The notes beneath the pieces were generated by a model that saw only the letters and a list, made by a program, of their open reading frames with translations, was not told the origin of the DNA and searched no databases. 64,000 nt of DNA from an uncultured Pseudomonadota bacterium (lineage in GTDB: Bacteria > Babelota > Babeliae > Babelales > JAUPTZ01): assembly GCA_964429275.1 (NCBI GenBank), contig CAYSBJ010000003.1, positions 1-64,000 on the forward strand. The letters run 5' to 3'. This document shows, piece after piece, positions 30,301 to 38,960 of this stretch; position 1 is the first letter of the stretch; each line of letters begins with the position of its first letter. A program made the translations under genes and the position numbers.

Positions 30301-30750
30301 TGATATGCGGTTAAAGAGAGGGGCATCTTTATAAAAACCACAGGCGCTTGGACTCACTTCAAGGCGTGTCTCTTTGTTGAGTGTGCCAGGAAGAGGAGTT
30401 GTGCGTATGGAATCGTGTGGGTTATACACTTGAACGATGTCTTTGAGTGTTATCGTATAAGTAGGTGGGTTTTTTTTGAGACCTTCTCCCAGCGTGCTAC
30501 TGCTGACAACGCCAGTTGCTCCCCATGCTGTTGAAATGTCCTCATCAGTTTTAAGCAAAAATGCTACTAATTCTTGTGTTGTTTGATAATGTGTAAGTTG
30601 ATTTTGTATTTCCGGCTGTTCGGAGGACACTGTCCGATTAGTACTTGGTAAAAGTAGCCCATCCACATATACGACTGGCAGTGAAAATACGGTGTTGGTA
30701 ATGATACCACAGGCGAGAGCGGTAAATAGTGATACTAAGTGCTTACGCAT
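27370..30750 (-). CDS. Atypical Lon-family (S16) protease: signal peptide, two tandem AAA+ modules, protease domain
   Basis: Walker A GAPGTGKT and GLPGVGKT; two LDEIDK Walker B motifs; PKSGPSAG (Ser) and IGGLDQK (Lys) dyad; hydrophobic N-terminus. Confidence 0.92.
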   Translation of the reverse strand: MRKHLVSLFTALACGIITNTVFSLPVVYVDGLLLPSTNRTVSSEQPEIQNQLTHYQTTQELVAFLLKTDEDISTAWGATGVVSSSTLGEGLKKNPPTYTITLKDIVQVYNPHDSIRTTPLPGTLNKETRLEVSPSACGFYKDAPLFNRISVKTIEEIYDLLARRYKTKALQKELSTITTCNQFIQTLVERLNLEISALKALEFLTQNSTIQNKLKLLVELILQQGKASGMSGEENQDLAGNFHQQLQDLQLPEVTTNYLSDTIERYDRSKGNQLEAPGLEAYLRFALSLPWADAASTKNEEYDLEKVAEMLDEYQYGMDQVKDIILTHLALRMVTPEGSPLVLCLVGAPGTGKTSICKHIAQALGKKMARISLAGVHLQSDITGVSRSYINAAEGKIMRSIKNMQSASGVILLDEIDKMGTQNQQHGSPADALLHALDPEQNYAFTDDYLNIPFNISKILFIATANNEREIPSALRDRMIIVQVPSYTKAEKIEIAQSKIIPRLLQKSGLMSQKPSFSNEVIGLIIDKYTFEDGLRGLTHQLNFLIGKFARAYLRGETIIFTTDNLSTFLGNAHNSLAKFKRKAKEIEPYLSTAARKKLFDAIEAFDATRERTEAHEKLRAYISAVLDFPWIPGEDSTNYNLDAVAAAIDETHYSVDEVKDSILDYLALAQRNTDSSSGSVLCLAGLPGVGKTSVAQALAKALNKKFIRVPMSSLTSIYDIKGLSADYQNGHTGVIAQALIDTGSQNTIIVLDEIDKIPHIAIANALLDVLDPTQNTKFLDEYLGVPVDISKVLFIATANDTSQIPYPLWDRLTMVEMLGYSERQKVEIAQKYLLPKLYTQNNLSPLPFITPELLHTIIYNYTKEAGVRQLGRRLKTIVARYARSLNSTTPLVVTPNNIDAILGEPLTHDAIFNVDSVGTSNGLYWSMSGGGVLLIQVTARRGRGDVKVSGLPKEDMQESANAAVSYVKTNINHIMATYAPNMALPKDISLNGVDIHIHAMRGATPKSGPSAGLAFCTAIVSCLTGRPTRHDYGMTGEIDLYGNAFAIGGLDQKLEGARNHGLKRVFVPEENRKSIQALKEMPADVQVTFVETIDDILSEILLPPTKDTSPLFAASPLQVVRVINN

Positions 30751-30816
30751 GAGAGTGTCCTTGCTTATGCTGTTTATTTGAACGTAATGAGTATATACGT
30801 CATCCTAATATGAAAA

Positions 30817-33177
30817 TCATGGTTTTGGTAGTAGGACATGAGAAAGAACTTCCTGTACATCTTCTACAAACACTATTTTTATTCCTTCTGGCAATGCGCC
30901 CATTCCCTTAACATCTTTTTCGTTTTGTTTTGGGAAAATGACTTTAGAAAAGCCATGTTGTTTGGCGGCAAGTAGTTTTTCTTTAACTCCGCCGATAGGG
31001 AGTACATTGCCCTGCAAATTCAACTCGCCGGTCATGGCACAGTCGCTGCTGATAGGGCGCCCCGTGTATACCGAAAAAATCGAAGAAAGCAAAGTAATTC
31101 CAGCAGATGGCCCATCTTTTGGTATGCCGCCGGCCGGTGCATGAATGTGTAAATCATACTCTACAAACATCTTGGCATCGATATTGAAGTCTTTGGCATG
31201 AGAGCGGGCATAACTTACTGCTGCTCGTGCTGATTCTTTCATAACATCGCCGAGTTGGCCGGTCAAAATTAATTTGCCGGTTCCTGGCATTAATAATGCT
31301 TCCATCTGTAAGACTTCGCCTCCATATGGAGTCCAGGCAAGGCCGTTGGTAATGCCGACTTTGTGCGTGCCGATTTTTAACATGTCTATGGCACGGCGTG
31401 GGCCTAAGTGGTCAGCCAGCGAGCGCTTAGTAAAATTGATACCTTTTTTGTTTTCAATGTAGTGACGTGCAAATTTGGCACACAATTTTTGGAATAACTT
31501 TGAGAGTCCGCGAACCCCTGCTTCGCGGGTATATCCAGAAATAAGCTCATCAATGACATCTTTTGAGAAAGCAATTTCGGTTTTTGCTAGTCCTGAGTCA
31601 CCTATAATTGTAGGAATCAGGTGGCGTTTTGCGATTTCCATCTTCTCTTCTTTGGTATATCCAGCTAACTGAATGATCTCCATACGGTCACGCAATGGCG
31701 CTGGAATGGTGCTGAGATCGTTTGCTGTGGTCACAAAAAGTACTTTTGAGAAGTCAAAATGTACGCCCAAATAGTTGTCGTAAAATGCTTTGTTTTGCTC
31801 TGGATCCAACGCCTCAAGGAGTGCGGCAGAAGGGTCGCCTTTGTGTGATGAGCCGATTTTATCTATTTCATCAATAAGTAGCACAGGGTTAAGGCTGCCA
31901 GATTTTTTAATTGCTTGTACAAACCGACCGGGAAGGGCGCCAACATACGTCCTGCGGTGGCCACGTATTTCAGCTTCGTCATGGACGCCGCCGACAGCGA
32001 TGCGGGCGAAGGTTCGCCCCATTGCTTGTGCAATTGACTTACCAAGAGATGTCTTGCCAACACCTGGTGGCCCTGCAAGGCAGAGGATTGGGCTTGCGCA
32101 GTCGCTTTTTAGGTACTTGATAGAAAGGTAATCAAGTATCCGTTCTTTGACTTCATGGAGGCCAAAATGTCCCTCATCAAGAACCTTTTTAGCAACGGTA
32201 ATGTCATTATTGTCTTCTGTGAAATTGCCCCATGGCATACCAATTAGCCATTCAAGATGGTTACGCATTACAGTTGCTTCCAGCGAGTCACTTGCGGTCT
32301 TTTTAAGGCGGTTGAGTTGACGATTGAATTCCGTTCGTGCTTCATCGGAAAATTTGGTTTCAAGTGCTTTTTTTTCAAAATCTTCGATTTCTGAGTCGTT
32401 ATCGTCCCCCAGTTCTTTTTGAATGGCACGAAGTTGTTCTCGAAGGTAGTACTCGCGTTGTGATTTATTAATGGAATCACGGGTCGATGTGCGAATTTTT
32501 TCCTCTACCTCACTTGACGATACAAGGCGGTCAAGGTGGAGTACAATTGCGTCAAGAACCTGAGTAATAGATTCTTTTTCTAATAACTCCTGTGCCTGAT
32601 TAACTGGTAAGTTGAGATGCGAGAGAACAAAGTCGCTTACCTTTTGGGGGTTTTCAATTTGATAGATTATTGAAGTGAAATCTGGGCTAAATAATGTGTT
32701 ACTTGCCGGCAATTTTGTGACGCTAGTGCAAATGGTTTTGATATAGTAATCACGCTTTTCAGGATTGCAATCTTCTATCATTGGCGGGATTAACTCAACT
32801 TTTGCGCTGAGGCTTTCCTCGGTCGGCATAATATGATGAACGAGCGCTTTTTGTACCCCTTGCACCAACACTTTAATCCCACCATCAGAGAGCTCCATAA
32901 GGCGAATAATTTCACCAATGGTTCCGACTGCAAAGAGGTCGTCAATACTAATTGGTTCTCCATCATCATCGTAGTTGCTGTTCGGCAGTGTCTTTGTGGC
33001 CAACATGAGCACTTTTTTGTCTTCTTTCATTGCTTGCAAAATGCCAGCAATGATTTTTGTGTCGAGGACAAGAAGTGGCACTACCATGTGAGGAAATACA
33101 ACGACATCGATGGTCGGAACAACTGCTATATCACGGAGCTGCGCCGTTCCTCCTGATTTGTTTTCCTGTTTTTTCAT
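30817..33177 (-). CDS. lon: ATP-dependent Lon protease (canonical LonA)
   Basis: LON N-domain VVFPHMVVPL, GPPGVGKTS, GHRRTYVGA, DEIDK, PKDGPSAG, GGVKEK. Confidence 0.97.
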   Translation of the reverse strand: MKKQENKSGGTAQLRDIAVVPTIDVVVFPHMVVPLLVLDTKIIAGILQAMKEDKKVLMLATKTLPNSNYDDDGEPISIDDLFAVGTIGEIIRLMELSDGGIKVLVQGVQKALVHHIMPTEESLSAKVELIPPMIEDCNPEKRDYYIKTICTSVTKLPASNTLFSPDFTSIIYQIENPQKVSDFVLSHLNLPVNQAQELLEKESITQVLDAIVLHLDRLVSSSEVEEKIRTSTRDSINKSQREYYLREQLRAIQKELGDDNDSEIEDFEKKALETKFSDEARTEFNRQLNRLKKTASDSLEATVMRNHLEWLIGMPWGNFTEDNNDITVAKKVLDEGHFGLHEVKERILDYLSIKYLKSDCASPILCLAGPPGVGKTSLGKSIAQAMGRTFARIAVGGVHDEAEIRGHRRTYVGALPGRFVQAIKKSGSLNPVLLIDEIDKIGSSHKGDPSAALLEALDPEQNKAFYDNYLGVHFDFSKVLFVTTANDLSTIPAPLRDRMEIIQLAGYTKEEKMEIAKRHLIPTIIGDSGLAKTEIAFSKDVIDELISGYTREAGVRGLSKLFQKLCAKFARHYIENKKGINFTKRSLADHLGPRRAIDMLKIGTHKVGITNGLAWTPYGGEVLQMEALLMPGTGKLILTGQLGDVMKESARAAVSYARSHAKDFNIDAKMFVEYDLHIHAPAGGIPKDGPSAGITLLSSIFSVYTGRPISSDCAMTGELNLQGNVLPIGGVKEKLLAAKQHGFSKVIFPKQNEKDVKGMGALPEGIKIVFVEDVQEVLSHVLLPKP

Positions 33178-33320
33178 ACAGTGCTACCTCCCCCTGAGAG
33201 CTTAAAAAATGTAATAATTTACATACCTACCGTCACCCGTGGTATCTTGTGCCGTTTCTGGCAATTCTTTCCTTGCGGCTTGGTAACCAGCACTGCTTCA
33301 ACTTTAAAGGATATCTCGGT

Positions 33321-34016
33321 ATGCGAACAACCATTTCTAAATATGACCTCTCATTGCAGCATGTTACCAAGGGTTTTGAGATTGGCCAGGGAGTGAGACC
33401 AGTTTTTTTGGACTTGCATTATACTTTTACTCCTGGGGTGTCATACGCTATTGTAGGGGCTTCTGGATCGGGTAAATCAACCCTTCTTCATGTCATAGCA
33501 GGGTTTGAGTCGGCTGATACCGGAATGGTTCTCTGGGGAGGGCGAGACGTTGCCGATTTTTCGACCGCTGAAAGAGAATTATGGGTTTCTCGTCATATAG
33601 GGTTTGCTTTTCAGTATCACTACTTGATCCCAGAACTCTCGGTGTATGACAACGTCTACGTTTCAGCGCTCTTGACTGAGCGAACGGTGGAGCAACGGGA
33701 GATTGAAGAGCTTTTATTGGCGTTGGGCCTTCATGATCATGCTGGCCACTATCCCCACCAACTTTCGGGGGGGCAACAGCAACGAGCTGCGTTAGCTCGG
33801 GCACTTATTCGCCGGCCAACGTATTTGATAGCGGATGAGCCGACCGGAAGTTTGGATGCCAAAACTGGCGGTGAAATAATTGATTTCTGTCTTTCTTACC
33901 AAAAAAATCATGGCATGGGTCTCATCATAGCTACCCATGACCAGTCGGTGTATGAAAAAATGGATGTGGTATTGCGGCTTGAGGGGGGAGTTTTGCGCCA
34001 AAAACCCATTCCTTAA
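33321..34016 (+). CDS. ABC transporter ATP-binding protein, LolD/MacB-like
   Basis: [39 protein letters not shown]. Confidence 0.9.
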   Translation: MRTTISKYDLSLQHVTKGFEIGQGVRPVFLDLHYTFTPGVSYAIVGASGSGKSTLLHVIAGFESADTGMVLWGGRDVADFSTAERELWVSRHIGFAFQYHYLIPELSVYDNVYVSALLTERTVEQREIEELLLALGLHDHAGHYPHQLSGGQQQRAALARALIRRPTYLIADEPTGSLDAKTGGEIIDFCLSYQKNHGMGLIIATHDQSVYEKMDVVLRLEGGVLRQKPIP

Positions 34017-34040
34017 CTTTCCTTGACTAAGGATGCGTCG

Positions 34041-34553
34041 TTAATCAAGAAGGGGTCGCAGCATCTCATTAATGCCCGACTCTGCATCTTCGGCATATTT
34101 TTGGGCTCGAATATAAAAACTATTCGCTTCATATTTGTGTTCTTCCTTGCCGATATGGTAGAGAAATACATGGTAAGCCTCGATAGCGCGCCTTAAGTTG
34201 TCTAAGTGATCCATGAACTGAACGACATTACCGCCAGAAAACTTATTTATGTACGATCCTATGGCAGTGGTTAAGCGCTTAATTTCTTCTGATGCTATTG
34301 TGGTAGGGTTTGGAAGTAAAGTTGGCTGCTTTTTTTGCGACATCGCATGATATGGAGATTCTGGGATATAAAATGTATCGCTTGCCTCTGCGGCGCTGCT
34401 GCTTGCAAGCATTGCGTTGTCTGCTTCGGCAAATATGGAGGCGTTTGTCCATTCATTTAGCTCAAGTTTTGTGTCGTCGAAGCATTGTAATGAGGTGCTG
34501 ACTACGGAGAGGGATAATACGAAAAATGAAGAGGTCATGTTTTTCTGTAGCAT
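34041..34553 (-). CDS. Hypothetical exported protein
   Basis: 170-aa ORF with hydrophobic N-terminus. Confidence 0.65.
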   Translation of the reverse strand: MLQKNMTSSFFVLSLSVVSTSLQCFDDTKLELNEWTNASIFAEADNAMLASSSAAEASDTFYIPESPYHAMSQKKQPTLLPNPTTIASEEIKRLTTAIGSYINKFSGGNVVQFMDHLDNLRRAIEAYHVFLYHIGKEEHKYEANSFYIRAQKYAEDAESGINEMLRPLLD

Positions 34554-34632
34554 TGCATTCTCGGTTTTTGTGATTTAGTGGTAAGTCGGTCTAGTATGCA
34601 GTCTTTCTTGTTTTTTGGGGAGTTGCTCTGTT

Positions 34633-36657
34633 CTAGATGTCAGTAAGACGGAGTGTTCCTGAGTCATTATATCGTTTTTCTGCTGACGTGCAGAGATTGT
34701 CTCTAAGGCTTTCGTTCTTCATGTTGCGAAGAAGACTTTTAATACTTCTTTGGTCACGAGCTTTGATTGCAGGAATTAGCACACAGTATATGTCATAAGT
34801 TATTGTTTTTGTATTCCACTGGCTTATAACGAGTTCCTCTTCTGCTGTTTTACGTTCTCCTTCGGGAAGTGTGGTATCGTCAACTATTTTTTCGAGCATT
34901 GCGGTTTTTTCTGCGTACTTTCGGAGTTCTTTTTCTAGATGTTGGCGAGCTTGTTGGAGGTCTTCTTTTGAAGGAGTTTGTTTAAATTTATAATTATCTT
35001 CGGCCACTTTTAGCGGCGCCTTGACCTCTCCGGATGCTCTTGGCAGCGTACATGTTTTCCTGCACTCTTGAATGAGGGTGTCTATTTTATTTTCTAACAT
35101 TTCTGCCTCGGTAGCAAGTTGATCAACTGCTTCACACAACCTCTCCAGTACGTCTTCGGAGGCTGTTGTTGCTTGTAACATCGTTATGTATTCTGCGAAA
35201 AATATGCAGTCAAATGTGTCTTCTTGCTGTTTAATAAGATTTTTGAATTCTCTTACAGAGGATGCGAGGTCTCCTGTCTTCATGCTGTTCAATGCGATTA
35301 CTTCAATAAAGCTGAGGCGACTATCGAGCAAATCCATTTTATTTCTGCATATTGTGCAGTTCGCTCGTATGTCGAAGAAATCTGTGGAGGAAGTAGGTCC
35401 ACTTATGACCTTGGTGAGGTTTTCTGCAGCTTGCTCCATCTCTTTGGCTGCGTCCATGCAATCGACTACTGCCTTTTGATACTCTTCATAGAGTGATGAA
35501 TACTCTCGCACGTGGTCGTTAATGATTGTTCTCATAGCGTACAAATGTTCTGGGTTTAGCTCTTCTGATCTAGTTAGGATTGCAAGGGCGCTTTCGCGGT
35601 GTATGAAGCCCGCTATTTTTTTGGGGGATTTTTCGCGTTTTCCTCGTTTTTTTGGTGGTGTTTTCTTTCTGATACTAGGATTTTTTTCGTGGCTTGATGT
35701 TGCGGGTAGGGCGATGCTGTGTTCACCGTTTACCCAAGCGAGAAGGCTCTTTATTTTTTCTTTGTTGTGACCAGTAATCATGGTTTCATCATCTAGTAAT
35801 CTACGAAATTCCGTAACGTTTAAATCTAAACAAGTTGATGTTTCTGTAAGGGTATATTTTTCGGGTGCATTTTTGAGGGTCTCTCGTGCTGCATAAAAAC
35901 AGCAAAGTTTATCTGCCATGTTTAAGGGATTTGTTGTCGCGTCTGATTCTCTTATTTGCGTCAGTGCGTCAAAGCGCTCTCGCGCGATTTTAACGAGTGC
36001 ATGGAGTTGTGCATACAGTTTTTTTTGTGATTCATTTTTTTCTCTTCTGGCTGCCGTTTCTTTTTCTTCTTCGATGGCATCGAGCGCGCGGATTGCTGCT
36101 GCTCTGGTTGCTAAATCTTTTGCTATTTCCGCGTCAGCGGCCTCTAGCTCTGCTGTGCGAGCTTCTTTCTCCTTCCTGATTGCCTCATAGATGGTCGTGT
36201 CAGCCATGAGTCTTTCAATGACAGTGCCATTTTCCCCAGCTGAATTGCGGGCCATCTCGGGTGTCAGAAAGGTGGTAACGCAGTAAAAACCAGCTTTATC
36301 CATAGAGAGGGTATAGAAAAATGCTGGCAAGCCAGTGACATCGTCATAGAGAGGGACCAGGAATGAAGGTTGCTCTTTATACGTGTGACGAACAACAATT
36401 GATGGGTTAATTCTTGCAGCTTCGAGTGCCGATTGAGCGGTCGCTCTGAGCGCTGGATCTACCGGTGAACCGCCTCGGCGTGGGAGGTGTTCTTCGTCTT
36501 TCATGTGATCCAGTGTTGCCTCACTGAGTTCCCATCGCTTGGATGCGTCAAAGGCGAGGCCTGCAGTCGCGGCCTCCGGCGCTGCGGTGGCACAGAAGAC
36601 GGCGGTTGTGCCGAATGTGAGCAGGCTTAAAATGAGTAAAAATACTTTGTTTTTCAT
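34633..36657 (-). CDS. Hypothetical exported coiled-coil protein, tandem paralog A
   Basis: Start MKNKVFLL; signal peptide; N-terminal region nearly identical to 36675-38759; KKTPPKKRGKREKSPKK patch. Confidence 0.85.
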   Translation of the reverse strand: MKNKVFLLILSLLTFGTTAVFCATAAPEAATAGLAFDASKRWELSEATLDHMKDEEHLPRRGGSPVDPALRATAQSALEAARINPSIVVRHTYKEQPSFLVPLYDDVTGLPAFFYTLSMDKAGFYCVTTFLTPEMARNSAGENGTVIERLMADTTIYEAIRKEKEARTAELEAADAEIAKDLATRAAAIRALDAIEEEKETAARREKNESQKKLYAQLHALVKIARERFDALTQIRESDATTNPLNMADKLCCFYAARETLKNAPEKYTLTETSTCLDLNVTEFRRLLDDETMITGHNKEKIKSLLAWVNGEHSIALPATSSHEKNPSIRKKTPPKKRGKREKSPKKIAGFIHRESALAILTRSEELNPEHLYAMRTIINDHVREYSSLYEEYQKAVVDCMDAAKEMEQAAENLTKVISGPTSSTDFFDIRANCTICRNKMDLLDSRLSFIEVIALNSMKTGDLASSVREFKNLIKQQEDTFDCIFFAEYITMLQATTASEDVLERLCEAVDQLATEAEMLENKIDTLIQECRKTCTLPRASGEVKAPLKVAEDNYKFKQTPSKEDLQQARQHLEKELRKYAEKTAMLEKIVDDTTLPEGERKTAEEELVISQWNTKTITYDIYCVLIPAIKARDQRSIKSLLRNMKNESLRDNLCTSAEKRYNDSGTLRLTDI

Positions 36658-36674
36658 GGAGATCTCTTGTGGTC

Positions 36675-38759
36675 TTAGTTGTCGGCCAAGCACAGCATGC
36701 CTGAGCGGCTGTATCGCCTTTCTGCTTGTGTACGAAGTGCATCCTGCCGTTCTTTGCTCGCGGAGCGGAGGCGTTCTTGCCTCGTTTGATAGTCTATTCC
36801 GTCTTCCATTGCATTGCGTATTGCCTCAATGTCAGCAAGAATTGTGGTTTTATTTTTTTCAATGGTCGCTAGTGCATTTGTTACGATGGCACGAGTTTTC
36901 TCAGCCCGAGTTAATTCTTCACGCATTGTTAATTCTTCACGCATTGTTAATTCTTCACGCCTTGTTTTTAACGTATCGCTTTGTGCTTTGTATTCAGTAA
37001 GCTCTTTCTGCAGCGTCATATAGCAAGCTTCGAGTTCTTCTCGTGTTGGCGTTATGCCTTCCTGGTAATGCGCTTCAGCAGCAAGTACAGCAGCATCAAT
37101 GTCCTCTTTTATTGTGGGTAAGGTGCAGGTAGTTCTGCATTCTTCAATGAGATCAGATATTTGGGATTGAAGATCTAAGGCTTCACGAATGAGTATGTCG
37201 TATCTTTTGGAAACAGCCTTGGAGTCTTTATAGAATTTTAAAATCTCAAGATTAATCTTAAAATTTGCAACAAAAATCGTATGTTCTAATGCTTCTTCTA
37301 GTTGGCTGGTAAGAGCCTTGAATCTTCTTATAAAGAGATCTTTTTTTTCTCTGCTTGCACTGTTGAAGGCAATTGTTTCTATAAAATTGAGCTTATTTTT
37401 AAGTAGCACCTCTTCATTATCAAGCCTATTGCGCTGAGTTGTGGCATCGCGGTATTCATCAGATGAGCTACTTTTGTCATTTCTTATTGTCGTTAATAGT
37501 TTTTTTTGCGCACAGATAAGTTTAATGCTTAGTGACTGGTATGCTTGACAGAGATGGGTATATTCGTGACATTGATGGTCTATGATGAACTCTTGAGCTT
37601 TGAGTCTTGCGATCTCTTCTTGCATCTTGATCGCTCTATCTTCAGATACAAATGTAGATTCTACTTCTAGTCTGAATGCTTCATAAGGTGGGAACTTTTC
37701 TGCACCCTTAGGGTCTTTCTTCCTTAGTATGTCCGCAGCTGGTTGAAAAGTGTCTTTTGGTCTTTTTGATGTGCTAGCTTCTGGTTTGCTTTTCTGACGT
37801 CGAGCAGCCGGAGGTGTGGCAACTTTGTCTTCGCCGTTGATCCAAGCAAGAAGGCTGTTGATTTTTGTTTTGTTGAGAGCGGTGACAGTCCCCTCAACAT
37901 CTAATAATGTGCGAAATTCCTCTGCGTCAAAAGAGTCTGGAACTTCTTTGTGGTCAACGCTGAATGGTGCATTTTTGAGGGTCTCTCGTGCCGCGTAAAA
38001 ACAGTTCATGTTATCTATGATGCTATCAATTTCTCCGGCTGTGCTATCTTTTTTGATTTGCTTTAGTTCGTAAAGGCGTTTCCACGCGGTTTCAACGAGT
38101 GCGTAAAGTTGCGCATACAATTTTTTTTGTGATTCAGCGCTTTCTTTTTTGGCGGCTGCTGCTTCCTCTTTTGCCGCGGCATCGAGTGCACGGATTGCTG
38201 CTGCTCTGGTTGCTAAATCTTTTGCTATTTCCGCGTCAGCTGCTATTTGTGTTGCCCTTTCAGCTGCTTGTTCTTTCTTGATTGCCTCATAAATGGAGCC
38301 GTCGTGCATAAGCTTTTCAATACTGCTTCTGTTTTCTCCGGCAGAATGGAGCGCCATCTCGGGTGTCAGAAAGGTGGTAACGCAGTAAAAACCAGCTTTA
38401 TCCATAGAGAGGGTGTAGAAAAATGTTGGCAAGCCAGTGGCATCGTCATAGAGAGGGACCAGGAATGAAGGCTGCTCTTTATATGTGTGACGAACAACAA
38501 TTGATGGATTGATTCTTGCGGCTTCAAGTGCTGATTGAGCAGTCGCTCTGAGTGCTGGATCTACCGGTGAACCGTCTCGGCGTGCGAGGTGTTTTTCGTC
38601 TTTCATGTGCTCCAGTGTTGCCTCGCTGAGTTCCCATCGCTTGGATGCGTCAAAGGCGAGGCCTGCAGTCGTGGCCTCCGGCGCTGCGGTGGCACAGAAG
38701 GTGGCGGTCGTGCCGAATGTGAGCAGGCTTAAAATGAGTAAAAATGCTTTGTTTTTCAT
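36675..38759 (-). CDS. Hypothetical exported coiled-coil protein, tandem paralog B
   Basis: GGGGGA SD; start MKNKAFLL; alignable to paralog A along its whole length. Confidence 0.85.
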   Translation of the reverse strand: MKNKAFLLILSLLTFGTTATFCATAAPEATTAGLAFDASKRWELSEATLEHMKDEKHLARRDGSPVDPALRATAQSALEAARINPSIVVRHTYKEQPSFLVPLYDDATGLPTFFYTLSMDKAGFYCVTTFLTPEMALHSAGENRSSIEKLMHDGSIYEAIKKEQAAERATQIAADAEIAKDLATRAAAIRALDAAAKEEAAAAKKESAESQKKLYAQLYALVETAWKRLYELKQIKKDSTAGEIDSIIDNMNCFYAARETLKNAPFSVDHKEVPDSFDAEEFRTLLDVEGTVTALNKTKINSLLAWINGEDKVATPPAARRQKSKPEASTSKRPKDTFQPAADILRKKDPKGAEKFPPYEAFRLEVESTFVSEDRAIKMQEEIARLKAQEFIIDHQCHEYTHLCQAYQSLSIKLICAQKKLLTTIRNDKSSSSDEYRDATTQRNRLDNEEVLLKNKLNFIETIAFNSASREKKDLFIRRFKALTSQLEEALEHTIFVANFKINLEILKFYKDSKAVSKRYDILIREALDLQSQISDLIEECRTTCTLPTIKEDIDAAVLAAEAHYQEGITPTREELEACYMTLQKELTEYKAQSDTLKTRREELTMREELTMREELTRAEKTRAIVTNALATIEKNKTTILADIEAIRNAMEDGIDYQTRQERLRSASKERQDALRTQAERRYSRSGMLCLADN
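36910..36960. repeat. 18-bp in-frame tandem repeat, about 3 copies (encodes REELTM)
   Basis: GTTAATTCTTCACGCATT twice plus a partial third copy. Confidence 0.92.
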
Positions 38760-38960
38760 GGAAATCCCCCGGTTAGTATGAATGGAAAAGATACCAGAAT
38801 GTTTTCACATAGTCTATTTTTGGGGTTGGCCCGGCCCGTGGGATGGCGGTGCAACAGGGTGCGCCCGACAACCTCGTTTACTTTTGAGCAAAATAACGTA
38901 TGCTAGCTCCCACTCGCTTCAGAGCCCTTGTTTTACTCCCTCACCGGTGAAAGGAAAAGT

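Noticed and set aside
36910..36964. CRISPR-like repeat
   Set aside because: Contiguous in-frame tandem repeat without spacers; no cas genes
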